UHGV virus genome: UHGV-1368916
Origin: a virus
Length of the DNA: 49,837 nucleotides
Reading direction: 5' to 3' (one strand)
Shown: positions 1 through 8,005 of the stretch, in pieces
Layout of the letters: every line of letters starts with the position of its first letter
Position numbering within the stretch: the first letter of the stretch is position 1
Made by a program: the position numbers and the translations under genes
The notes under the pieces: model-generated
Seen by the model: the letters and a program-made list of their open reading frames with translations, nothing else
Told to the model about the DNA's origin: nothing
Databases searched by the model: none

Positions 1-572
1 CGCTCAACAACCACGTGGTGAATGCCTTCTCGCTTCATGCGAGGGTCATAATTCGCGAAATACCATGCATCCTTACCGGTTACCCACATGCTGAATTGCA
101 CCTGGGCCATGTAGGCGGATTTGATAGCCTCGAAGCCGCCAAGCCGGAATTTCATGAAGTCGCGAGAGGTGAAAGGGCACTTCAGCTCAAGGCCGCGACC
201 ATCACTGCACAGACCGTCCGGTGAGCAGGCGGTGCGCATGCCTTCGTCACGGAAAAGGATCGGCGACTCGGTTACCTGCACGTCGGTGGTGAACTCAAAC
301 AGGGTGCGAGCATCGGCCTCATACTGTTTCCCCCAGGCCAGCGCCTTGGCGTTAACTTCCGGCGCCGCGCCGGTGCAAACCTCTGCGAGCAGCGTGTGGA
401 AATAAGAAATTTTCATGTCAGTCCACTTGGTGCCTGATCTAGGCTTCGAAATGACGTTATGGACTTCCGAGGCGGTGATCACGCCAAGGCGTAAGCGGTG
501 CCAGGATTCATCACCCTGTTCAACGCCGGTAACATCAATGCCAGTGCGTGCAAGGATAATTTCTGGTGTCAT
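1..572 (-). CDS. exo: Lambda Exo-type 5'-3' exonuclease, N-terminal segment (aa 1-190). The CDS continues at 49729..49837 across the circular junction.
   Basis: The reverse translation [47 protein letters not shown]...[61 protein letters not shown] matches lambda Exo almost residue for residue. The start codon at 570-572 overlaps the bet stop (ATGA). Confidence 0.85.
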   Translation of the reverse strand, partial: MTPEIILARTGIDVTGVEQGDESWHRLRLGVITASEVHNVISKPRSGTKWTDMKISYFHTLLAEVCTGAAPEVNAKALAWGKQYEADARTLFEFTTDVQVTESPILFRDEGMRTACSPDGLCSDGRGLELKCPFTSRDFMKFRLGGFEAIKSAYMAQVQFSMWVTGKDAWYFANYDPRMKREGIHHVVVE

Positions 573-1414
573 GCTGCCACCTGCGCTTTTTTCTGGAGGA
601 AGCTAAAGCCTTTCTGTGCTTCTTCTTCGGTGAGCTGTGATGCCTGGAAAATGTCTCGCTTGAAGATGTTGCTGCACAGAGGCAGGAAGTCCTGTTCCCA
701 GTCCTTATTCATGGACGTCAGGAGGTCAGTAATTGCCTGCAACGTTTCCTCACTGGCCACCAGGGGAAGCGCCTCTGTCGTGCTGCGCGGCGTCACGTCA
801 CGCGCATCCACTTCCAGCGTTTTACCTTCCATCTCTTCGGCAGTGGGCTGCTGGCCAATTTCAGGCCATGCCTTACGCAGAGCCTGAGCCTCGGCACACT
901 TCGCCAGCTGGCCATAAGGGCGCTTTTTCCACATAGCATTTGGCGCGGTAGTGTCGCGGCCGGCGGTGGCGTAGTTTTCAACCCAGTATTCTTTCGCACT
1001 GAATTCGACGATCTCCCCGCTCGGCATGCGCTTGCTGACCGTGTACTTGCACCATTGAGGAACAGTCACCTCAATACCGGTAAGCGTCAGAGTGACGTCC
1101 GGGCCGAACTCTGGTTCTTTTGCGCCAGCGTAAGAACCGGAGCGATCGGCTTGAATCCGATAAAGCCCGATGCCAGGCATAACCACATCGCGCCACTCGC
1201 TTTTACCCGACTTCGAGTCCTTAACGCTCATTGGCACCAGATGAACGGGCTTCAGAAGCGGATCGAGGTTTCTGGCCCGGCAGTAGTCCAGCGCCATCAT
1301 TACTGATTCGTCTTTGGCGCCAGGGTAAATACTGTTTTTGAGGGCGCTCCAGGTGGCGCCGTCAATGCCTCGCTCAGCAAGAGAGCTGGCTGTAATCACA
1401 AGTTCGTTAGCCAT
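569..1414 (-). CDS. bet: RecT/Bet-family single-strand annealing recombinase
   Basis: This 281-aa protein has the C-terminus [40 protein letters not shown], matching the lambda Bet C-terminus (DLLPLCSQIFRRDIRASSELTQAEAVKALGFLKQKAAEQKVAA). It lies between gam and exo and is translationally coupled to exo. Confidence 0.85.
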   Translation of the reverse strand: MANELVITASSLAERGIDGATWSALKNSIYPGAKDESVMMALDYCRARNLDPLLKPVHLVPMSVKDSKSGKSEWRDVVMPGIGLYRIQADRSGSYAGAKEPEFGPDVTLTLTGIEVTVPQWCKYTVSKRMPSGEIVEFSAKEYWVENYATAGRDTTAPNAMWKKRPYGQLAKCAEAQALRKAWPEIGQQPTAEEMEGKTLEVDARDVTPRSTTEALPLVASEETLQAITDLLTSMNKDWEQDFLPLCSNIFKRDIFQASQLTEEEAQKGFSFLQKKAQVAA

Positions 1415-1429
1415 TGCTATTCCCCAAAG

Positions 1430-1720
1430 TTAAAACGGGCAGCCGGTGCGGTGGTCCCAGTCGTATTCCGCCTGGGCGTAAGCTACTGCCGAGATGAGAT
1501 CGTTATATGCCTCGCCAGCTGCATCGCTGCGGAGGCCTTCGTATGGGCTTTTGTCCATCGGTACAGAGAAGCGGAACAGGCCTGACGGCTCTTTCGGCAG
1601 AGCGTCGATAATTTCCTGCGCCCGATCGTCAATCCACTTTTGCTTCTCTTCGGTGAGCGTTTGCTCGGCCCACTTACGCTCTTCGATTACGTCGTATGCG
1701 CGGTATGCGTTCATAACCAC
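1430..1720 (-). CDS. gam: Gam-like host RecBCD inhibitor (GamS-sized, 96 aa)
   Basis: The N-terminus MNAYRAYD...W...EEK...DD parallels lambda GamS ([34 protein letters not shown]). It sits immediately upstream of bet in the leftward operon. Confidence 0.6.
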   Translation of the reverse strand: MVMNAYRAYDVIEERKWAEQTLTEEKQKWIDDRAQEIIDALPKEPSGLFRFSVPMDKSPYEGLRSDAAGEAYNDLISAVAYAQAEYDWDHRTGCPF

Positions 1721-1721
1721 C

Positions 1722-2690
1722 TCAGTATTTGATGGTTGTAGCCGGGACTTTCCCGAGAGCTACAGCAATGATGCAGGCTTTAGCCCATTCATGAGGGATG
1801 CCCTGATTGATAAGAGCCTGTACCGCTGCTGAATTTATTCCGCGGCGATGTTCAACATCAGCGGCGCGGCGCGATTCTTCTTCGGCCTTGCGCTTCTCCT
1901 CCGCCAGGCGGGCCAGTTCGCGTTGCTCTGCCTCGCGGCGGATGCGATCGGCTTCTTCCTGTGCCTTGCGGCGTTCTGCTTCCACAGCGGCCTGCTTTTC
2001 ACGCTCAGCACGTTCAGCTGCTTCTCGCTGTTCGCGCTCGGCTCGCTCTTTGGCCAAAATCGCTTCGCGCTCTCTGGCGGCTGCAGCGTCAATTTCACGC
2101 TGTGCCTGTTCTGCTGCCTCACGTTTCGCTTTCTCTTCTGCCTGGCGCTTGATCTCTTCTTCGCGGGCAATGCGCTGGCGCTCGGCTTCTGCTTTTTTCT
2201 CGGCCTGCTCACGGTCGAAAGCGTCATTCATCAGGAGGGCCATTTCGTGGTCAGACTCAATACGAGCTGCCAGCTGCCGATCGAACTCTTCATTCATGGC
2301 CAGCGCTTCGGCATGCAGTGCGTTCATGGCTTCTTCGGCCTTAATGCGTTCCTGCTCGGCCTCCCATTCGGTCAACGGCTTACGTGTCGCATCGCGCAGC
2401 TCGTCACATGCGTCAACGAACCGCTTAATTTCCGCCTCAGCAGGGCGCACAGCCTCTTTAAGGCGTTTCAGGTACTCGCGCCCCGGCTTTTCGATTGCCG
2501 TCTTGCTGCGTGATACCTGCGCCGCCAGAGACGCAACACGGTCACGCCCTTTCTTGGTGGTCAGGTCCGGAACCTCGTTCACGGCCTGTCGAATCTGCTC
2601 CAGGTAAGCGTCAAGACCGCCAGCCCGGTACAGGGTCGGCGCCTGCTCTGGTTTTATTTCAATGACGGTTAAATCCATTATTTCGCTCAT
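1722..2690 (-). CDS. Hypothetical coiled-coil protein with a Glu/Ala/Arg-rich low-complexity core
   Basis: A good RBS (AGGGGA) precedes the ATG at 2688-2690 (MSEIMDLTVIEIK...). The central ~150 aa are EAERQRIAREEEIKRQAEEKAKREAAEQAQREIDAAAAREREA-type repeats. The protein ends 2 nt upstream of the gam start. Confidence 0.55.
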   Translation of the reverse strand: MSEIMDLTVIEIKPEQAPTLYRAGGLDAYLEQIRQAVNEVPDLTTKKGRDRVASLAAQVSRSKTAIEKPGREYLKRLKEAVRPAEAEIKRFVDACDELRDATRKPLTEWEAEQERIKAEEAMNALHAEALAMNEEFDRQLAARIESDHEMALLMNDAFDREQAEKKAEAERQRIAREEEIKRQAEEKAKREAAEQAQREIDAAAAREREAILAKERAEREQREAAERAEREKQAAVEAERRKAQEEADRIRREAEQRELARLAEEKRKAEEESRRAADVEHRRGINSAAVQALINQGIPHEWAKACIIAVALGKVPATTIKY

Positions 2691-2778
2691 GGTTTCCCCT
2701 GAAATTTGGTTGTAAGAATCCCCGGCGCGATGAAAGCCGCCTGATAGCTCAGTTAATTTCGTGCGCTGATATGCGCGG

Positions 2779-2973
2779 TTAATGCGTCCCGGCTGGCACC
2801 AGGTTCGGCAACAGGTCGCGTGCCTCAAATGCTTTGCGAATGTGGCGCAGGTTGCCCTGCGGTTCGAACCAGAAGGTGTCCTTCAGGTAGTCACGTGAAA
2901 CCTTCCAGGTGGCGCCTGTTTTAGCGTTACGCATCATCACGGCGCGTCCGCTGTTAGGAATTGAGTTAGCCAT
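2779..2973 (-). CDS. Hypothetical 64-aa early-left protein
   Basis: An ORF that is translationally chained with the two upstream small ORFs. I recognise no family. Confidence 0.45.
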   Translation of the reverse strand: MANSIPNSGRAVMMRNAKTGATWKVSRDYLKDTFWFEPQGNLRHIRKAFEARDLLPNLVPAGTH

Positions 2974-3076
2974 TGAACACCCCCGTAACGTGCAGAATTT
3001 TGATAATCAACGCTGTCCAGATAACGCCGCAGATCAGCAGGAAGTAAATCAGTGAACGAATGCCATTTCTGCTCAT
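2966..3076 (-). CDS. Small hydrophobic peptide (36 aa), probably single-TM
   Basis: Reverse translation gives MSRNGIRSLIYFLLICGVIWTALIIKILHVTGVFNG. The ATG overlaps the stop of the upstream 38-aa ORF (ATGA). This is the position lambda uses for kil/cIII-type small proteins. Confidence 0.35.
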   Translation of the reverse strand: MSRNGIRSLIYFLLICGVIWTALIIKILHVTGVFNG

Positions 3077-3189
3077 GCTGAACCACCAGGCATCAGGCAG
3101 AATGCGCTTGCTATCAGTACGCATACGACGATGGCGAATGCGTGTGCCAGAAACTTAAACCACTCAGTTTTATCTTCTTCACGGATCAT
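3073..3189 (-). CDS. Small hydrophobic peptide (38 aa), probably single-TM
   Basis: Reverse translation gives MIREEDKTEWFKFLAHAFAIVVCVLIASAFCLMPGGSA. A strong RBS (AAGGTGAAGAG) precedes the ATG at 3187-3189. It is the first gene downstream of the candidate pL/OL region. Confidence 0.4.
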   Translation of the reverse strand: MIREEDKTEWFKFLAHAFAIVVCVLIASAFCLMPGGSA

Positions 3190-3271
3190 CTCTTCACCTT
3201 TGCCTTAAAGCCGGCCAGCTGAGCATTGTTATGATTATCCGGCGTTGCCGGTGTTGTTTGGATGAGATGAT

Positions 3272-3352
3272 AATAGCAATGAGTATTAACCATAGCAATA
3301 CGTATTGATATTAATTGATAGCATTTGCTATTAAATAACTGATAGCTAAATG
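3272..3352. promoter_or_regulatory. Candidate OL operator cluster and pL region: three to four related sites (AATAGCAATGAGTATT, ATAGCAATACGTATTG, GATAGCATTTGCTATT).
   Basis: This is an AT-rich intergenic region. Its half-sites (ATAGCA / CAATAC / GTATT) recur in the cI-cro intergenic region at 5334-5398, as expected for a shared CI operator motif. Confidence 0.5.
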
Positions 3353-3405
3353 AATTTATTTTTTGTTATTGTGCTGGTATGCTCAAAAAAAACACAGGAG
3401 GCTAC

Positions 3406-3582
3406 ATGAGACCGCCGATCACAAAGGAAGAAGTCGAGTTGCTGATGCAGGATATGGAGATGCTGGCAGAGCAGCAGCTAGTAGGGCTGGAGGCGTTAGA
3501 GGCTCTGAGACTGCTGGAGATGCGCAGACAGACCGGTAAGCTGGAGGCTATAAAGCGATTGATATCGCATGGAAAGGAGTAG
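3406..3582 (+). CDS. Small coiled-coil protein (58 aa) on the opposite strand, between OL and the rex-position gene
   Basis: AGGAGG sits 5 nt upstream of the ATG at 3406. The product is MRPPITKEEVELLMQDMEMLAEQQLVGLEALEALRLLEMRRQTGKLEAIKRLISHGKE. The gene is convergent with the 306-aa gene and shares a hairpin with it at 3590-3612. Confidence 0.4.
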   Translation: MRPPITKEEVELLMQDMEMLAEQQLVGLEALEALRLLEMRRQTGKLEAIKRLISHGKE

Positions 3583-3623
3583 GGCAGTGAAAACCCGGCG
3601 CAGGGGCCGGGGTGTAAAGGTGG

Positions 3624-4544
3624 TCAATGTGGCTTAGGAAGTTCTGGTTTCTTAACTGCCTCAACAATTCTTAATGCATCAGCTGCTGAAATCGCTCCAT
3701 CGGCGGACTTCTTAGATAAATAATCTCCAAGACGATTAGGAATGTATTCATTTTGCATCCACCGTCTAAACAACCCTAATGCGTCATCCGGGTAGATCCA
3801 GGCGTCAACAGGGCCTGCACGATGTTGAGGAAACCAGTCTGGATAAACATGTGGCGACTTTGTGCGCTGGCCATACTTTTCGTCACAACCATTCGCGACC
3901 CAGTGTTTTGACCACATGGTGCCAACACTTATATCTGGAATTGCCGAGGGACCAAAGTCAAAGTTACCTTTAACCATTTTTAATGAAAGATCTGCCATTT
4001 CTCTAAATACAGAAAAATATCCAAATGGAACCTGATCATTCATTAATAGTCTTTCATGGAAGCACTCAAGAGCGCCCCTCTGTGGGTTCTCTGGGTCAAT
4101 CCCTACACTTAAGTATATGAATCTACGCAGTTGAGAACCCGCTAACTTACGAAAGTTAGATAAAGCTACTTCACGACTACCCTGAATAGCTTCAAATGCG
4201 TAATACTCAAGAAAGGCCATGCAGACAACATCAGGGAATGCGTTTGTCTCTGTGCCTTGAATTACTGTCTTATGAAATAATCGGTTGAGATTTAATCCTT
4301 GCTCTCTAAGCTTTTGGTCTATGAATTGGCCTCTGGGTTTCGTCCTTTCATCGTCCCAGTTTGAGGCGAGCCGAAGGAGAGCTGCATGGTCCACGCCACA
4401 TAATCTAGCCAAACCTCGCTGAGTTAAAAATGGAGACCCATCATTCATAACGCCCATTTGAATGCCATCAACATCGGCTTCTTTTATCGGGTATAGTTCC
4501 ATTTGTAGCTGGTGACCAGATAATGCCAAAGGTAAGTTATCCAT
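3624..4544 (-). CDS. Hypothetical 306-aa protein in the rexAB position (immediately downstream of cI, AT-rich)
   Basis: A clean ORF starts 79 nt after the cI stop on the same strand. Its GC content is visibly lower than that of its neighbours. The N-terminal stretch LYPIKEADVDGIQMGVMNDGSPFLTQRGLARLCGV loosely resembles Bro-N/AntA-type DNA-binding folds. I recognise no other domain. Confidence 0.65.
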   Translation of the reverse strand: MDNLPLALSGHQLQMELYPIKEADVDGIQMGVMNDGSPFLTQRGLARLCGVDHAALLRLASNWDDERTKPRGQFIDQKLREQGLNLNRLFHKTVIQGTETNAFPDVVCMAFLEYYAFEAIQGSREVALSNFRKLAGSQLRRFIYLSVGIDPENPQRGALECFHERLLMNDQVPFGYFSVFREMADLSLKMVKGNFDFGPSAIPDISVGTMWSKHWVANGCDEKYGQRTKSPHVYPDWFPQHRAGPVDAWIYPDDALGLFRRWMQNEYIPNRLGDYLSKKSADGAISAADALRIVEAVKKPELPKPH

Positions 4545-4622
4545 TTGAATTCCTTAATTATTGTGATGATGACCACCTTGTTGTGTCAAATCGCCAAGGC
4601 ATCTAATCAGGCCACTTGCTTG

Positions 4623-5321
4623 CTACCCATGCTTCCTGTACGTCTGCGGCATGCTGCCGATCACCTTGCCGAACACGAACACCCGGTTCATCTCGTCTTT
4701 CTCGATCGGGTCCCACGCCGCATAGCTCTTGTTATCGGAGATAACCAGCAGCTTGTCCTTCATCTTCTGCAGGCGCTTGACGTGAGCGGTGTCGTCGTAC
4801 AGGAACGCGTATATCCCGTCGCCGTCGAAACTCTTTACGCTGATGTCGACGAAGAGCAGATCACCAGGCTCAATCGTGCCAGACATGCTGTCGCCCCGGA
4901 CGTTGATGATCCTGATGTTCTCGGCCTTTCGTCCATCGAACATGTGGCGCGCTTCCGCTGGATCATACTCAACAGAACGGAGAATCTCGACGAACTCCTG
5001 GTTCACAATGCCCGGTCCCGCGCTGACCATAAGGTCCAGAACATCAATCCTGAATGTATCGGTATCATGGCTTTTAACCTGGGAAGCGCGAGGTAGTTGG
5101 CCATCATCGCGCATCGGTCCATTTCCGGTTGATAACCATTCAGACCTGACGCCCAAAGCATTAGCTATCTCGACAATTTTTGTTGAACCCCTGGCGTTTC
5201 CACTCACCAGGCGCCAAATGGTCGGCTGAGCAATACCTGAGGCCTTCGCAAGCGCCCCTTGTGACATTCCGGCCGAAGCCATGGCCTCGTTTAAACGATC
5301 TGCAAGAGTTTCTTTTTTCAT
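4623..5321 (-). CDS. cI: CI-type prophage repressor (N-terminal XRE HTH plus C-terminal S24 LexA-like peptidase)
   Basis: The sequence MKKETLADRLNEAMASAGMSQGALAKASGIAQPTIWRL is an HTH. GDSMSGTIEPGDLLFVD is the S24 Ser motif and VKRLQK carries the catalytic Lys. The gene is divergent from cro. An alternative upstream ATG at 5384 would add 21 aa but would run through the operator region. Confidence 0.85.
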   Translation of the reverse strand: MKKETLADRLNEAMASAGMSQGALAKASGIAQPTIWRLVSGNARGSTKIVEIANALGVRSEWLSTGNGPMRDDGQLPRASQVKSHDTDTFRIDVLDLMVSAGPGIVNQEFVEILRSVEYDPAEARHMFDGRKAENIRIINVRGDSMSGTIEPGDLLFVDISVKSFDGDGIYAFLYDDTAHVKRLQKMKDKLLVISDNKSYAAWDPIEKDEMNRVFVFGKVIGSMPQTYRKHG

Positions 5322-5432
5322 AATCTCAAATTTATACGCTTGCGTATTACTGGTCAAAACACGTTTTGCTATTGCTAAAACCAATACGCATTGCTATTAT
5401 CACTTTGCACCAATACTTATAGGAATTGGAAC
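5322..5432. promoter_or_regulatory. OR operator / PRM-PR divergent promoter region
   Basis: It contains ATACGCTTGCGTAT (5334-5347, palindrome), TTTTGCTATTGCTAAAA (5364-5380) and AATACGCATTGCTATT (5383-5398). The last is the reverse complement of OL site AATAGCAATGAGTATT except for one base. Confidence 0.55.
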
Positions 5433-5660
5433 ATGACGAACAAAACCATCCAGAAGGCAATTGATATCGCTGGCAGTCAGAAAAAATTGGCCGATCTGTG
5501 TGGCGTAGCGCAGCCGACAGTTTGGCGCTGGCTGCATGGCGGCGGAATTGATGCTCGCTATGTAATGAAAATTGTGTCTGCGACTAACGGCAAGATTAAG
5601 GCGGCAGAGATCCGGCCTGACCTTGCGCAGTTGCTGAGCGCGCATTCACCGGCCGCCTAA
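5433..5660 (+). CDS. cro: Cro-like HTH regulator (75 aa)
   Basis: The product is MTNKTIQKAIDIAGSQKKLADLCGVAQPTVWRWLHGG, a Cro/YdaS-type HTH. It is the first rightward gene, opposite cI. Confidence 0.7.
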   Translation: MTNKTIQKAIDIAGSQKKLADLCGVAQPTVWRWLHGGGIDARYVMKIVSATNGKIKAAEIRPDLAQLLSAHSPAA

Positions 5661-5699
5661 CCCGCGGCCTTTCAATCAACACCAGAGGAAGTATCACAA

Positions 5700-5921
5700 A
5701 TGGAGAGTTCAACGACACGCAACAAAGTGGAGGCTCGCAGGATAGAAAGCTGGTTACACAGCCAGATAGCTGAACTGGGAGCCACGAATATCGCCAAAGT
5801 GGCCGGAGTGAATAAGTCGACGGTGAGTCGCTGGCGGGAAAGTCTGCTGCCGAACATGTCGCTACTGCTGGCCATCCTGATTTCTAACAGGCCGGGAGAG
5901 AAAGGTGATTTTGAAGCATGA
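5700..5921 (+). CDS. cII: CII transcriptional activator
   Basis: The stretch ARRIESWLHSQIAELGATNIAKVAGVNKSTVSRWRESLLPNMSLLLAILIS aligns with lambda CII (ALRIESALLNKIAMLGTEKTAEAVGVDKSQISRWKRDWIPKFSMLLAVLEW). Confidence 0.8.
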   Translation: MESSTTRNKVEARRIESWLHSQIAELGATNIAKVAGVNKSTVSRWRESLLPNMSLLLAILISNRPGEKGDFEA

Positions 5922-5937
5922 GTGGAAACAGAAAGGC

Positions 5938-5970
5938 GAAAGCCGCAGTGCGGGAACACTAACGGCTTTC
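5938..5970 (-). terminator. Candidate OOP-like antisense RNA terminator hairpin (GAAAGCCG...CGGCTTTC), with a T-rich tract on the minus strand
   Basis: An 8-bp inverted repeat lies just 3-prime of cII. Read on the minus strand it is followed by CGCCTTTCTGTTTCC, as for lambda oop/t_o. Confidence 0.25.
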
Positions 5971-6006
5971 TACGCGAATTAACTGGATCAATTCACAGGA
6001 GTAATT

Positions 6007-6861
6007 ATGGCAAATACTGCCGAAGTAATCAATTTCCCTGTGCCTGTCGTGGCACTACAGGAGCTGCGCGTGGCAGATCTCGACGATGGGTTTACGCGCA
6101 TCGCCAATGAGCTCCTTGAAGCTGTCATGCGTGCAGGTTTGTCGCAGCATCAGCTTTTGGTGTTCATGGCTGTCATGCGCAAAACATACGGCTTCAACAA
6201 GAAATCTGACTGGGTCAGTAACGAGCAGCTCTCGGAGCTGACCGGCATTCTCCCGCATAAGTGCTCAGCTGCAAAAAGCGTCCTGGTTAAGCGGGGGATA
6301 TTAACTCAAACCGGTCGCGTAATCGGGATTAATAAAGCGGTCAGCGAATGGTCATCTTTACCCGTAAAAGGTACGGAAAAAGGAGCTTACCTGAAAAAGG
6401 TAACATTACCCGAATCAGGTAAGAAAAGTTTACCCGAATCAGGTAACGCCTATTACCCGAATCAGGTAAACACAAAAGACAAACATACAAAAGACAATAA
6501 AGACAATATTAATAACCCCCCTAAATCCCCCCGGGCGGTTTCGTTCGATGCGTTAGCTGTTCAGTTGCCTGACTGGCTTTCTGCAGAAATCTGGTCGTCA
6601 TGGGTGGCATATCGTCGCGACCTGAAAAAGCCGATCAAGTCTCAGCAGACGGTCACCCAGGCTATCAACCTGCTGGACCGCTGCAGACTGAACGGTTACG
6701 CGCCCGAAGAAATTATCAACCGCAGCATCGCCAATGGCTGGCAAGGCCTGTTTGAGCCAAATAGTGCCAAGCCTCAACCAAGTCAACAGGTGCGAGTTGC
6801 CGAAAATTTCGCAGGGAAGGATTACGGGCAGACTGAAATCCCATCATGGGCGAGGGACTGA
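6007..6861 (+). CDS. O: Replication initiator, lambda O homologue
   Basis: The N-terminus MANTAEVINFPVPVVALQELRVADLDDGFTRIANELLEAVMRAGLSQHQLLVFMAVMRKTYGFNK aligns with lambda O (MTNTAKILNFGRGN...NVADLDDGYARLSNMLLEA...LAILRKTYGWNK). The iterons lie in the linker. Confidence 0.85.
   Translation: MANTAEVINFPVPVVALQELRVADLDDGFTRIANELLEAVMRAGLSQHQLLVFMAVMRKTYGFNKKSDWVSNEQLSELTGILPHKCSAAKSVLVKRGILTQTGRVIGINKAVSEWSSLPVKGTEKGAYLKKVTLPESGKKSLPESGNAYYPNQVNTKDKHTKDNKDNINNPPKSPRAVSFDALAVQLPDWLSAEIWSSWVAYRRDLKKPIKSQQTVTQAINLLDRCRLNGYAPEEIINRSIANGWQGLFEPNSAKPQPSQQVRVAENFAGKDYGQTEIPSWARD
6387..6520. repeat. Replication origin: three perfect copies of the iteron TTACCCGAATCAGGTAA (6406, 6430, 6453) plus one degenerate copy (6387), followed by an A-rich tract (6470-6520).
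   Basis: Seen directly in the sequence. The 17-bp direct repeats are spaced 23-24 bp apart inside the O coding region. They encode the LPESGKKSLPESGNAYYPNQV linker and are followed by AAAAGACAAACATACAAAAGACAATAAAGACAATATTAATAA. This is the same architecture as ori-lambda. Confidence 0.7.
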
Positions 6862-6863
6862 TC

Positions 6864-7715
6864 ATGGAACTGGAAGAAAAAATCACAGCCATTGAGCGGA
6901 TGCTTGATCAGCTGAGTAAGCCACCTGAGCAGATCGCTAATTGCGAGCTGGTTTGTGAACGCGTGTTCTGCGAAAAGCATGGTGAATACGAGCAACGCAA
7001 GCGGATGTTTACTAACGGCATTGTCAAGATGCCATCACCACCTACGCGCTGCCCGGGCTGCCTGGAAGACGAACTGAATTTTCTGAAGGATGAAAAGGTT
7101 CGCTGGGATAAGCGAGTTCGCCAGCAAACTGCAGAAAGGCTGCTTCGCCAGCTGGACATACCAGAGCGCTTCTCCACGTGCACTCTGGACAGCTACAAGC
7201 CTGTTGGGAAGGATTCTGAGAGAGCACTACGGGTCTGCCAGGCCTACGCATCGAAATGGACTGATCGCCTCCAGCAGGGCGGTGGGTTGGTTATGTGTGG
7301 CAAGCCTGGTACCGGTAAAAACCACCTTGCGCTGGCCATTGCCCGCCATGTGATTGAGCACCACCAAAGCTCGGTCATTTTCACGACGGCGCTGAAGATT
7401 GCCCGGGAGTTTAAGTCGACCTGGTCAAAAACAGCCACGCGCACTGAGGATGAGGTGATCCGCTACTTCACGAAGCCAGACCTTCTGATTGTCGATGAGG
7501 TTGGTGTGCAGTTTGGCAGTGAAGCCGAGAAGATGATCATGTTTGAAATCATCAACACCCGCTACGAGCGTCTGAAGCCGACGATCCTGATCAGCAACCT
7601 GCCGAAAGATGAGCTGACGCAGTTTATCGGCGAGCGCGTCATCGACCGCATGAACGACGGCGGCGGCTGCACGATTTCGTTTACCTGGGACAGCTATCGG
7701 GAGAACCGGTCATGA
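6864..7715 (+). CDS. DnaC/IstB-like AAA+ helicase loader (replication protein)
   Basis: It has a Walker A motif (CGKPGTGKNHLALAI) and a Walker B motif (LLIVDEVG). It is coupled to the O stop. The ATG at 6864 is preferred (GAGGGA RBS) over the one at 6846. Confidence 0.8.
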   Translation: MELEEKITAIERMLDQLSKPPEQIANCELVCERVFCEKHGEYEQRKRMFTNGIVKMPSPPTRCPGCLEDELNFLKDEKVRWDKRVRQQTAERLLRQLDIPERFSTCTLDSYKPVGKDSERALRVCQAYASKWTDRLQQGGGLVMCGKPGTGKNHLALAIARHVIEHHQSSVIFTTALKIAREFKSTWSKTATRTEDEVIRYFTKPDLLIVDEVGVQFGSEAEKMIMFEIINTRYERLKPTILISNLPKDELTQFIGERVIDRMNDGGGCTISFTWDSYRENRS

Positions 7716-8005
7716 CAGGAAAAGACGCAATTCTGAACTACCTGAAAACGCATAAAACCTGCAGCTCTCCAGATGTAGCTGCAGCTTCCGGGATGACGCA
7801 TACCTGCATCAACCAGGCTGCAAATATCCTGGCAAAGCAGGGTGTTCTGGTAGCTGAAGCTCGGGTGTGGCGGACGGTTTACTACCGGCTGGCCACTGAG
7901 GAAGAAATTTCAGGCAGAAAGAGCACGAACCAGATTTTCAACGAGTGTCGGCAAAGCCCGGCGATGAAGCGGGTACTGGCTGTTTACGGGAGAACATCAG
8001 CATGA
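7712..8005 (+). CDS. Hypothetical protein (97 aa)
   Basis: Its start overlaps the stop of the preceding gene. I recognise no family. Confidence 0.45.
   Translation: MTGKDAILNYLKTHKTCSSPDVAAASGMTHTCINQAANILAKQGVLVAEARVWRTVYYRLATEEEISGRKSTNQIFNECRQSPAMKRVLAVYGRTSA

Noticed and set aside
1807-2607. Long plus-strand ORFs (266 aa and 221 aa), Ser/Ala/Arg-rich or Leu/Phe-rich, overlapping the 1722-2690 minus-strand gene
   Set aside because: They are mirror-image translations of the GAA/GCG/CGC-rich repeat region that encodes the E/A/R coiled coil on the other strand. They have no RBS and extreme low complexity. The minus-strand gene has an RBS and fits the operon.
5922-6110. 62-aa ORF overlapping the O start
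   Set aside because: It is out of frame with the strongly supported O gene and sits in the cII-O intergenic and OOP-like hairpin region.
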